The notes below the pieces were generated by a model that saw only the letters and a program-made list of their open reading frames with translations, had not been told where the DNA came from and made no database searches. Source: Chloroflexota bacterium (lineage in GTDB: Bacteria; Chloroflexota; Limnocylindria; Limnocylindrales; CSP1-4). From it: 64,000 nt of DNA. Below are positions 26,912 to 35,353 of this stretch, in pieces. The translations under genes were made by a program, and so were the position numbers. Each line of letters begins with the position of its first letter. The stretch's first letter is position 1. The stretch covers positions 6,307 to 70,306 of the forward strand of contig JAICUI010000010.1 in NCBI GenBank assembly GCA_025935925.1. Direction: 5' to 3'.

Positions 26912-28270
26912 CTACTGCGTGGCCGCGGCGTCGGTGATGGCCTGGCACGCCTTCGCCGGATCTGAGGCGCCCAGGAAGAGCGCCACGGTCGCGTCGTTGA
27001 TCGCCTGGCCCATCGCGGGCGACGTCGCCTGGTCGAGGTACAGCTGCATGAACTTGGCGGCGCCGCGTCCTGCGAGCACGGCCTGCAGGTTGGGATCCTT
27101 GACCGACGATTCGGTGCCGACCGTCGTGGACAGGCCGACGTTGTCGGTGTTGAGCTTGTTGCCGTTGTCGACGGAGTTGAAGAACTTGAGGAAGTCGAGC
27201 GCCTCGGGCGGCGCGTCCTTGCCGACCGCAATGCCGTTGCCGCCACCGACGCCGTCGGTCGGCGCACCCGCCCCGCCCTCGACGGACGGGAACGGGAACC
27301 AGCCGAGCTTGTCGCCGAGGCCCTTCTTGTCGGCGCTCTGGTCCATCTGGACCGACGGCGCCCACTGGCCCATCAGCTCCATCGCCGCCTTGCCGTTGCC
27401 GACCGCCGCGGCCTCGTCGTTGTAGACGGCGGACTTGTATCCGGGCTGGTACGGGTCGAGCTTGTTCAGGGCGAGGACCTGGTCACCGGCCTTGGTGCAC
27501 GCGTCGGTGTTCCAGTTCTTGCTCTGGATCATCTGGCTCAGGTTGTCGCCACCGCCGATGCGCAGGAGGAGGTACGTCCACAGGTGCATGGACGGCCACT
27601 TGTCCTGGCCCGCGATCGCGAGCGGGGCGATCCCGGACGCCTTCAGCTTCGAGACGTCCGAGAGGAAGTCCGCCCAGGTCGTCGGCGGGGCCGAGATTCC
27701 GGCCTTCGAGAACGCGTCCTTGTTGTACCAGAAGCCGATCATCCCCATGTCCCAGGGCACGCCGTACTGCTTGCCGTTGTACTGGTAGATCGACAGTGCG
27801 CCCGGGTTGATCGTGCTTGCCCAGGACGAGATGTCGGACGTGATGTCCTTCAGCGCACCCGCGTCGGCCTGCGCGGCCATCGCGCCACCGCCCCACGACT
27901 GGAACAGGTCCGGGACGTCGCCCGCCTGGATCGAGGTGGCGAGCTTGGTCTTGAACGCCTCGTTCTCGAGGACGGTGATGTTGATCTTCACGTTGGGATG
28001 CGCGGCGGTGTACGCGTCCGCGATCGCCTGGAAGTCGGACTTGCCGGGATCGGCCGTGGTGATGTGCCACCAGTCGACCGTGACCGGGGCGCCCCCGCCG
28101 GCCTGCGACGGGGCCTCGCTGCCGGAACCGGCGGGCGCCTCGGACGCCGCCGTGCTGGCGGCCGTCGTCGGGGCGGTGGTCGGGGCATTGGTCGCGCTGC
28201 TGCCACCACAGGCGGCTGCGACGATGGAGATCATGGCGACGGCACCGGCCAATCGCCAACGCGTGGACAC
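26912..28270 (-). CDS. Sugar ABC transporter substrate-binding lipoprotein (BxlE-like)
   Basis: Lipobox AAAC, PDLFQSWGGG, YNKDAF..PPTTW, MELMGQW; AGGAGGAGG before GTG. Confidence 0.92.
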   Translation of the reverse strand: MSTRWRLAGAVAMISIVAAACGGSSATNAPTTAPTTAASTAASEAPAGSGSEAPSQAGGGAPVTVDWWHITTADPGKSDFQAIADAYTAAHPNVKINITVLENEAFKTKLATSIQAGDVPDLFQSWGGGAMAAQADAGALKDITSDISSWASTINPGALSIYQYNGKQYGVPWDMGMIGFWYNKDAFSKAGISAPPTTWADFLSDVSKLKASGIAPLAIAGQDKWPSMHLWTYLLLRIGGGDNLSQMIQSKNWNTDACTKAGDQVLALNKLDPYQPGYKSAVYNDEAAAVGNGKAAMELMGQWAPSVQMDQSADKKGLGDKLGWFPFPSVEGGAGAPTDGVGGGNGIAVGKDAPPEALDFLKFFNSVDNGNKLNTDNVGLSTTVGTESSVKDPNLQAVLAGRGAAKFMQLYLDQATSPAMGQAINDATVALFLGASDPAKACQAITDAAATQ

Positions 28271-28334
28271 GATCGGAACCTCCTCCTGTACCGGTGTACC
28301 CGCGGATCGCCGTCGGTACGGCTCGCTGTCGGTG

Positions 28335-28345
28335 CGAAAGTTTCG
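28335..28345. promoter_or_regulatory. LacI-family operator 1 (CGAAAGTTTCG)
   Basis: Palindrome repeated identically at 28428 between the divergent LacI and ABC genes. Confidence 0.75.
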
Positions 28346-28427
28346 GTCCACGGGCCGCCACGTTTCGGGCGCACTCTAGGCGCCGTTGCGACGGCTCGTC
28401 AACCCCGCGTCGCGACCCCTCGCGGCC

Positions 28428-28438
28428 CGAAAGTTTCG
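28428..28438. promoter_or_regulatory. LacI-family operator 2 (CGAAAGTTTCG)
   Basis: Second copy, just upstream of the TAGACT -10 box of the regulator gene. Confidence 0.75.
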
Positions 28439-28453
28439 CGCTAGACTCCGCGC

Positions 28454-29524
28454 ATGTCGGCGACTCGTTCGCGCCAGTCCTCGCCCGATAGGCCGACCGT
28501 CGCCGAGATCGCGCGCCTCGCCGGCGTGTCCGTCCCGACCGTGTCCAAGGTCATCAACGGCCGGCCCGACGTGGCGCCCGAGACGCGGCGACGGGTCGAG
28601 GCGATCATCGCCGACAAGGGCTATCGGCGCTCGGACCGGGCCTCGCGCCGCGCGGCGCTGCTCGAGGTGATCTTCCACGAGCTCGAGTCGGAGTGGGCGC
28701 TCGAGATCGTCCACGGCGTCGAGGCGGCGGCTCGCGAGCATCACCTCGCGGTCGTGATCACCGAGTCGCAGGGACGGCGCATCCCGGGCCGCGGATGGAT
28801 CGAGGGCATCCTCGAGCGGCGCCCGGTCGGGCTCGTCGTCGTGTTCTCGAACCTCTCGGAGGGCATGCAGGCACAGCTCAAGGCGCGCGGCATCCCGTTC
28901 GTGGTCGTCGATCCGACGGGCGAGCCGGTGCACGAGATGGCGTCCGTCGGTGCGACGAATTGGAACGGCGGGTTGGCGGCGACCCGCCATCTCCTGTCGC
29001 TCGGCCACCGGCGGATCGGGATGATCACGGGGCCGTCCGAGATCCTGTGCTCGCGGGCCCGGCTGGACGGCTACCGGTCCGCGATGGACGCGGCGGGCGT
29101 GCCGGTGGACCCGTACCTCATCCGGTTCGGGGACTTCCACGTGGCGTCGGGGCTGCGCTACGCGCGCGAGATGCTGCGCAACCCGGACCCGCCGACCGCG
29201 ATCTTCGCGGGCAACGACCTGATGGCGATGGGCGTGTACCAGGCGGCCCGCGAGGCGCGGCTGCACATCCCGGAGGACCTGTCCGTCGTGGGGTTCGACG
29301 ACCTGCCGGTCGCGAAGTGGGTGGGGCCGAACCTCACCACCGTGCGCCAGCCGCTCGCGGAGATGGCCCGGACCGCGACCGAACTCGTGGTCCGGATGGC
29401 CGCGGGCGAGGCGCCGCCGCAGACGCGGCTGGAGCTCGCGACCGAGCTGATCGTCCGCGAGAGCACCGGGGCACCGTCGACGGGACGCGGCCGCTCGAGC
29501 GCACCCGCGGCGGCCGGGGCCTGA
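28454..29524 (+). CDS. LacI family transcriptional regulator (BxlR-like)
   Basis: TVAEIARLAGVSVPTVSKVING HTH; NDLMAMG, PEDLSVVGFDD, LTTVRQP. Confidence 0.95.
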   Translation: MSATRSRQSSPDRPTVAEIARLAGVSVPTVSKVINGRPDVAPETRRRVEAIIADKGYRRSDRASRRAALLEVIFHELESEWALEIVHGVEAAAREHHLAVVITESQGRRIPGRGWIEGILERRPVGLVVVFSNLSEGMQAQLKARGIPFVVVDPTGEPVHEMASVGATNWNGGLAATRHLLSLGHRRIGMITGPSEILCSRARLDGYRSAMDAAGVPVDPYLIRFGDFHVASGLRYAREMLRNPDPPTAIFAGNDLMAMGVYQAAREARLHIPEDLSVVGFDDLPVAKWVGPNLTTVRQPLAEMARTATELVVRMAAGEAPPQTRLELATELIVRESTGAPSTGRGRSSAPAAAGA

Positions 29525-29574
29525 CGGCGTTCGGGGTGACGGGGCGGGCGTCGCCCGCTGGCGCGTGTTGTTCT

Positions 29575-29880
29575 CAGACGCCCACCGGGTGGGCGCCGAC
29601 TCGTTGCTCGGGATGGAAGCGCTCCGTGGCGGCCCAAATCGGTCGCCCGGATGGACGTCCGGCAAGCAGACGCCCACGCCATGGGCGTTCGATCATCTCG
29701 GGACCGACCGACCCGATCCAACGCCCACCACGTCGGCATCTGACGACCAGCCCGGCCTGGGCGCCCATCTGGCGGGCATCTGACGGCGGGACGCAGATCG
29801 ACGGAGCTGCCGGCCCACCTGGCGGGCGTCTGGCGACGTCGCGGTCGGCACTCGAAGGTGCCACGATCCGGCGCCCAAGG
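29575..29880. repeat. Degenerate intergenic array of short (C/G)GCCCA..GGGCG-type palindromic units
   Basis: Motif at 29579, 29631, 29671, 29722, 29762, 29812 and 29872; near-identical 26-mers at 29763-88 and 29813-38. Confidence 0.45.
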
Positions 29881-29999
29881 CGCCGTACCGTCGGTCCATG
29901 AGCACCTCGATCGACCCGACGCGGCGTTTCGTGCTGGTCTCCTGACGGTCAGCCAGCGCGAGGGCCCCCTGACCTCGGCGAGCGTGATGTCTCTTGCGG

Positions 30000-31718
30000 T
30001 CAGTGCGACTCGCGCGCCACGTGCGAACCGCTGGAGCCGACGAGGAAGTCGAGGTCGGCGCCGGTGTCCGCCTGGAGCACGTGGTCGATGTACAGCCGCT
30101 CCCAGCCTCGTGCCGGGTTGGCGTAGCCGGCGGCGGCCGCGGCGCTCGGCATGCGGGCCGCGAGGACGTCCGCCGGGACGTCGAGCGTCAGGCGGCGGGC
30201 CGGAACGTCGAGCTCGATCCAGTCGTCGTTCTCGACCCGGGCCAGGGGTCCGCCCGCGGCCGCCTCCGGCGCGACGTGGAGCACGACCGTCCCGTACGCC
30301 GTCCCGCTCATCCGGCCGTCGCAGATCCGGACCATGTCGCGCACCCCGCGCTCGAGGAGCGTCGTCGGCAAGGGCAGGTTCGAGACCTCGGGCATTCCCG
30401 GGTAGCCCTTCGGCCCGCAGCCGCGGAGGACGAGGACGGAGCCGGCGTCCACGTCGAGGTCCGGGTCGTCGAACCGGGCGTGGAAGTCCTCGATCGAATC
30501 GAACACCACCGCCCGTCCCCGGTGGCGGAGGAGGGACGGGGTCGCGGCGGCAGGCTTGATGATCGCGCCATCCGGAGCGAGGTTCCCGCGCAGCACCGCG
30601 ATCCCGGCGTCGGGCTGCAGCGGCTCGACCCGCTGCCTGATGACCTCGCGATCCCAGGCGATGGCCGGCTCCACGTACTCCACGAGGGGCCGGCCCGTCA
30701 CGGTGGTCGCCGCCGGGTCCAGCAGGTCGATCACCTCGCGCAGGGCCGCGAGCAGCCCGCCCGCGCGGTGCAGGTCGTCCATCAGGAAGCGGCCCGCGGG
30801 CTGGAGGTCGACGACCAGCGGCACCCCCGATCCGATCCGGTCGAAGTCGTCGAGCGTCAGGGGCACGCCGAGCCGGCCCGCGATCGCAAGGAGGTGGACG
30901 ACGGCGTTCGTCGATCCGCCGATGGCCGCCAGCGCCAAGATCGCGTTGCGGAACGACGCCTCGGTCATGACCGTCGATGGCCGCCGGTCCGCCTCCACGA
31001 GGGCCACCGCCAGCCGGCCGGTCTCGTGCGAGGCGCGGAGCAGGCGGCTGTCGGGTGCGGGCAGCCCGGCCGTCCCGGGCAGCGTCATGCCCAGGGCCTC
31101 GGCGACGAGCGCCATCGTCGACGCGGTGCCCATGGCGTTGCAGTGGCCGCGGCTCCGGACCAGGCACGACTCCGACTCGAGGAACAGGTGCTCCGGCATC
31201 GTCCCGGCGCGCACGTCCTCGGACATCCGCCAGACGTCCGTGGCGGAGTTCAGGACCCGGCCCTGGAACGTCCCCGTCAGCATCGGGCCGCCCGGGAGCA
31301 CCACCGCCGGCAGGTCCACCGAGGCTGCCGCCATCAGCAGCGACGGGATCGTCTTGTCGCAGCCGCCGAGGAGGACGAGGCCGTCGATGGGATTGGCGCG
31401 GAACATCTCCTCCGCGGCCATCGCGGCCATGTTCCGCCAGAGCATCGCGGTGGGCCGGACCTGCGTCTCGCCGAGCGACACGACGGGCAGGTTGAGCGGC
31501 ACGCCGCCCGCCTCCCAGACGCCGTTCGCCACCGATCGGGCGAGCTCGTCCATGTGCGCGTTGCACGGCGTCAGGTCCGATGCGGTGTTCGCGATCGCGA
31601 TCTGCGGCCGGCCCTCGAACGCCGAGTCCGGCGCGCCACGCCGCATCCACGCCCGGTGGATGTAGGCATTGCGATCCCGGCCCGCGTACCAGTCGGCGCT
31701 GCGCAACCGCTCCCTCAC
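30000..31718 (-). CDS. IlvD/Edd family sugar-acid (pentonate-type) dehydratase
   Basis: TPCN, GCDKT, GHCNAMGTAS, GGSTN, GPKGYPGMPE, DGRMSGT, HVAPE; C-terminal RESH as in AraD/XylD-like enzymes. Confidence 0.9.
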   Translation of the reverse strand: MRERLRSADWYAGRDRNAYIHRAWMRRGAPDSAFEGRPQIAIANTASDLTPCNAHMDELARSVANGVWEAGGVPLNLPVVSLGETQVRPTAMLWRNMAAMAAEEMFRANPIDGLVLLGGCDKTIPSLLMAAASVDLPAVVLPGGPMLTGTFQGRVLNSATDVWRMSEDVRAGTMPEHLFLESESCLVRSRGHCNAMGTASTMALVAEALGMTLPGTAGLPAPDSRLLRASHETGRLAVALVEADRRPSTVMTEASFRNAILALAAIGGSTNAVVHLLAIAGRLGVPLTLDDFDRIGSGVPLVVDLQPAGRFLMDDLHRAGGLLAALREVIDLLDPAATTVTGRPLVEYVEPAIAWDREVIRQRVEPLQPDAGIAVLRGNLAPDGAIIKPAAATPSLLRHRGRAVVFDSIEDFHARFDDPDLDVDAGSVLVLRGCGPKGYPGMPEVSNLPLPTTLLERGVRDMVRICDGRMSGTAYGTVVLHVAPEAAAGGPLARVENDDWIELDVPARRLTLDVPADVLAARMPSAAAAAGYANPARGWERLYIDHVLQADTGADLDFLVGSSGSHVARESH

Positions 31719-31736
31719 CTCTCTAGGATGCTCGCG
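31719..31736. promoter_or_regulatory. Putative bidirectional -10 element serving two divergent leaderless genes
   Basis: TAGGAT (+, 31724-29) 7 nt before GTG 31737; CATCCT (-, 31730-25) 6 nt before GTG 31718. Confidence 0.55.
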
Positions 31737-32741
31737 GTGAAGGCCTTCGTCATCACGAGCCCGCGCGAGGCCGGCGTGCAGGACGTCCCGGATCCCGTCG
31801 TCGCGCCCGGCGAGGCCGTCGTCGACGTGCGGCGCGTCGGGATCTGCGGCACGGACCTGGAGCTGTACACGGGCGACATGGCGTACCTCCGGACGGGCCG
31901 CAGCCGGTACCCGCTGCGGATCGGGCACGAATGGGCAGGGATCGTGCGCGACGTCGGCCCGGGCGTCGATCCGGCGTGGTGCGGGAGGCGCGTGACCGGC
32001 GACACGATGCTCGGCTGCGGCGCGTGCCGGCGCTGTCGGCGCGGCCGGCACCATGTGTGCGAGCGGCTGGTCGAGGTCGGGATCAGCCTGGGGCGGCCGG
32101 GGGCCATGGCGGAACGCGTCGCGGTGCCCGCAACCGCCCTGCGCGAGCTTCCCGACGCCGTCGACGACACGCTGGGCGCCCTCGTCGAGCCCGGGGGGAA
32201 TGCCGTGCGCGCCGTTCGGGCCGCCGCGCTGGAACCGGGCGACCGGCTGCTCGTCGCGGGTGCCGGGCCCATCGGGCTCCTGTGCGCCCTGTTCGCGCGG
32301 GCGGCCCGGCTGGACGTGCACGTGGTGGGCCGGTCCGGGAGGTCGATCGCCTTCGCGCGCGAGCTCGGGCTCGAGCACGCCTCGGACTGGGACGGGCTGG
32401 CCGCCGGGCCGTGGGATGCGGTCATCGACACGACCAACGATCCCGGGCTGCCGGCGCGCGCCGTGGCGCTCGTCGAGCCGGGCGGCCGGGTCGTGTGCAT
32501 CGGCCTCGCCGGCGACCCGAGCCTCGTCGACACCCGCGACGTCGTCCTGCGCGACGTCACGATCGTCGGCATCCTTGGCGCGTCGGACGGACTCGACGAG
32601 GCGATCCGTGCCTACGCGAGCGGGACGGTCGACCCGCGGCCGCTCGTGGGGCTCACCGTGCCGCTGGGCGGCCTCGCGGGAGCGCTCGCGGGCGACGGAT
32701 CGCGCGGCGGCGGCGCGCCCAAGCTCCACGTCACGATCTGA
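31737..32741 (+). CDS. Zinc-dependent alcohol/polyol dehydrogenase (MDR family)
   Basis: GICGTD, GHEW.G, CGACRRC..HVC structural zinc site, GAGPIG. Confidence 0.92.
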   Translation: MKAFVITSPREAGVQDVPDPVVAPGEAVVDVRRVGICGTDLELYTGDMAYLRTGRSRYPLRIGHEWAGIVRDVGPGVDPAWCGRRVTGDTMLGCGACRRCRRGRHHVCERLVEVGISLGRPGAMAERVAVPATALRELPDAVDDTLGALVEPGGNAVRAVRAAALEPGDRLLVAGAGPIGLLCALFARAARLDVHVVGRSGRSIAFARELGLEHASDWDGLAAGPWDAVIDTTNDPGLPARAVALVEPGGRVVCIGLAGDPSLVDTRDVVLRDVTIVGILGASDGLDEAIRAYASGTVDPRPLVGLTVPLGGLAGALAGDGSRGGGAPKLHVTI

Positions 32742-32752
32742 AGGGAGCGACG

Positions 32753-33427
32753 ATGCGACGAGCGGTGGTCACGGGCGGCGCGAGCGGCCTCGGCGCGGCG
32801 ACGGCCGTCCGGCTGCGAGCCGACGGGCTGGAGGTCATCACCGCGGACATCGCGCCGGGCGCGGACGCCGCGCTCGACGTCACCGATGCCGCCGCGGTCG
32901 ACGCGTTCGCGCGCTCGGCGGGCGCCATCGACGTCCTCGTCAACTCCGCGGGGATCGTCGGCGCCAACGTGCCCATCGTCGACACGACGCCCGACGACTG
33001 GCGCGGCGTGTTCGAGGTGAACGTGTTCGGGACGGTGAACCTGATCCGCGCGTTCGCGCCCGGGATGGTCGAGCGCGGCTGGGGCCGTATCGTCAACTTC
33101 GCGAGCATGGCCGGAAAGGACGGCAACCCGAACCTGTCGATCTACTCGGCGTCGAAGGCGGCAGTGATCGGGCTGACGAAGTCGACCGGAAAGGAGCTCG
33201 CGCGAACGGGGGTGCTGGTCAACGCGATCGCGCCCGCGGTGTTCGAGACGCCGATGAACGCGACCAACACGCCGGAGGTCCTCGAGTACATGACGAGCCT
33301 GATCCCGATGCGTCGTCTCGGCCAGCCGCCGGAGCTCGCGGCCCTCGTGTCGTGGCTGGTGTCGGACGAGCTGTCGTTCTCGACGGGCGCGGTCTACGAC
33401 ATCAGCGGCGGCCGGGCGACGTACTGA
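32753..33427 (+). CDS. SDR family oxidoreductase (2-keto-3-deoxy sugar-acid dehydrogenase-like)
   Basis: TGGASGLG, NSAG, ASMAGKDGNPN, YSASK, ends DISGGRATY. Confidence 0.9.
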   Translation: MRRAVVTGGASGLGAATAVRLRADGLEVITADIAPGADAALDVTDAAAVDAFARSAGAIDVLVNSAGIVGANVPIVDTTPDDWRGVFEVNVFGTVNLIRAFAPGMVERGWGRIVNFASMAGKDGNPNLSIYSASKAAVIGLTKSTGKELARTGVLVNAIAPAVFETPMNATNTPEVLEYMTSLIPMRRLGQPPELAALVSWLVSDELSFSTGAVYDISGGRATY

Positions 33428-34644
33428 TGACCGACCGACGGATCCCGCGCTGGGCCGACCTCCGGCCGTACCTGCGCACCGGGCCCGTGCGCCTGTCGCC
33501 CGTCGAGCGCCGGCTGGCGTCGGCGGCGACGATCCGGGACCTGCGCCGCGTCGCGCGGCGGCACGTCCCGCGCGCGGTCTTCGACTACACCGACGGCGCC
33601 GCGGAGACGGAGACGAGCCTGCGCCGCTCCCGCGAGGCGTTCCGGCGCATCGAGTTCGTGCCGCGAGTGCTGCGGGACGTCTCGAACGTCGACCTCTCGA
33701 CGACCATCCTCGGCCGCGACTCGAGGATGCCGCTGATCTTCGCCCCGACCGGCTTCACCCGGCTGATGCACGCCGAGGGCGAGCCGTCCGTGGGGCGCGT
33801 CGCACGGCGCCTCGGCATCCCGTACGCGCTCTCGACGCTCGGGACCACGTCGCCGGAAGCCCTGGCCGCGGCCGTCCCCGGCGCCGACCTCTGGTTCCAG
33901 CTCTACATCTGGAACGACCGCGACGCGGTGCTGGAGCTGGTCCGGCGTGCGAAGGCCTCCGGGTTCCGCGTGCTCGTCCTGACCGTCGACACGCCCGTGG
34001 CGGGGGCCCGCCTCCGCGACGTCCACAACGGCTTCACGATCCCGCCCACGCTCTCGACGCGGACGCTGATCGACATCGGGCTCCACCCGGGCTGGTGGTT
34101 CGACAAGCTCACGACCGAGCCGCTCACGTTCGCGGTGTTCACCGAGACCGGCGGCACCGTCGCCGACCTGATCAACCGGGTGTTCGACCCGACGATCACG
34201 ATCGCCGACCTCGCCTGGATGCGGCGGGAGTGGGACGGGCCGATCGTGATCAAGGGGATCCAGACGCCCGACGATGCCCGGGCCGTGGTCGACGCCGGCG
34301 CGGACGGCGTGATCGTGTCGAACCACGGCGGCCGCCAGCTCGACCGCGCACCGACACCTCTGGAGCAGCTCGCGCCGATCCTCGCCGCGGTCGGCGGCCG
34401 CGCGGAGGTCTACCTCGACGGCGGGGTGATGAGCGGCGCGGACGTCATCGCGGCGGTGGCGCTCGGCGCGCGGGCCGCCCTCGTCGGGCGGGCGTACCTC
34501 TACGGCCTCATGGCGGGCGGCGAGCGCGGCGTCGAGCGGGCCGGGGGGATCCTCCGCGCCGAGGCGGTCCGGACGATGCAGCTCCTGGGCGTCGGCCGGG
34601 TCGCGGACCTCGACCGCTCCAGCGTGCGGCTCCGCGACCGCTGA
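33427..34644 (+). CDS. FMN-dependent alpha-hydroxy-acid oxidase/dehydrogenase (L-lactate/glycolate type)
   Basis: FDYTDGAA, APTG, WFQLY, LTVD, IKGI, SNHGGRQLD; TGATG coupling to the SDR. Confidence 0.92.
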   Translation: MTDRRIPRWADLRPYLRTGPVRLSPVERRLASAATIRDLRRVARRHVPRAVFDYTDGAAETETSLRRSREAFRRIEFVPRVLRDVSNVDLSTTILGRDSRMPLIFAPTGFTRLMHAEGEPSVGRVARRLGIPYALSTLGTTSPEALAAAVPGADLWFQLYIWNDRDAVLELVRRAKASGFRVLVLTVDTPVAGARLRDVHNGFTIPPTLSTRTLIDIGLHPGWWFDKLTTEPLTFAVFTETGGTVADLINRVFDPTITIADLAWMRREWDGPIVIKGIQTPDDARAVVDAGADGVIVSNHGGRQLDRAPTPLEQLAPILAAVGGRAEVYLDGGVMSGADVIAAVALGARAALVGRAYLYGLMAGGERGVERAGGILRAEAVRTMQLLGVGRVADLDRSSVRLRDR

Positions 34645-34733
34645 CCCTCAGCGCCGCGACGCCGGCGGTCCGTCGCGGTCGTCGAGACGGCCCGACGTGG
34701 ATGGTCCGGTCCCGGCGGCGCTCGCGGATCGCG

Positions 34734-35273
34734 TCACGAACCGAGGACGCGGCGCTTCGCCGCGGCAAACTCCTCGTGTGTCAGGACGCCGTCGTCGTGC
34801 AGCCGTGCCAGCCGGGCGACCTGGTCGGCGATGGACGGCGCCCCCGCCGATGCCGGGGATGCCGGCGACACCCCCGCGTCAGGACCCGCCTGCGCGGGCG
34901 GCGGGATCGACGGCGCGGCATGGAGGACTTGGGCGCCCGCCCCGTCGACGCCGAGCTGGGACCAGAAGCGGGCGACCTGGCCCTGGTACGCCTCGATCGC
35001 GAGGCCGCCGCGCCGGAACAGGCGCGTCGCCGAGGCCATCGAGTCGACGGCGTGTCCGTGCTCCGGGCGGACCTGGATCCCGTTGCGGCAGATCGGGCAC
35101 AGCAGGTAGTCGTTGGCGGCGTACGTCGCGAGCGGCACGAAGTACAGGCTGAACTGGCGGTCCGACCGGACGTGGTGCAGGAACACCTGGTTGCGGCAGC
35201 GCGGGCAGGTCGTCGGCGCGACCTCGCCCAGGTCCTTCGTGTTGCCGCCGCCCCACCCGAAGATCACAACCAT
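34734..35273 (-). CDS. Zinc-ribbon + SHOCT domain protein
   Basis: IFGWG..CPRC..FSLYFVPL..CPIC; C-terminal LARLHDDGVLTHEEFAAAKRRVL. Confidence 0.82.
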   Translation of the reverse strand: MVVIFGWGGGNTKDLGEVAPTTCPRCRNQVFLHHVRSDRQFSLYFVPLATYAANDYLLCPICRNGIQVRPEHGHAVDSMASATRLFRRGGLAIEAYQGQVARFWSQLGVDGAGAQVLHAAPSIPPPAQAGPDAGVSPASPASAGAPSIADQVARLARLHDDGVLTHEEFAAAKRRVLGS

Positions 35274-35353
35274 CCGGCGATCGACCCCTGCGTGCGTCTG
35301 CCGGCGCCAGCATCGCATCGCGGCCGGATGGCCGCCTGCCGCAGAATCGGCGC

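Noticed and set aside
29575-29880. CRISPR array
   Set aside because: The units are highly divergent, the spacing alternates, and there are no cas genes in the window.
2592-34644. Apparent giant fusions or long N-terminal extensions in the ORF track (2592-5300, 21469-24843, 22599-25907, 30000-32729, 32053-34644)
   Set aside because: The upstream parts are shadow sequence over neighbouring genes; true starts were reassigned using RBS or -10 position and the onset of family motifs.
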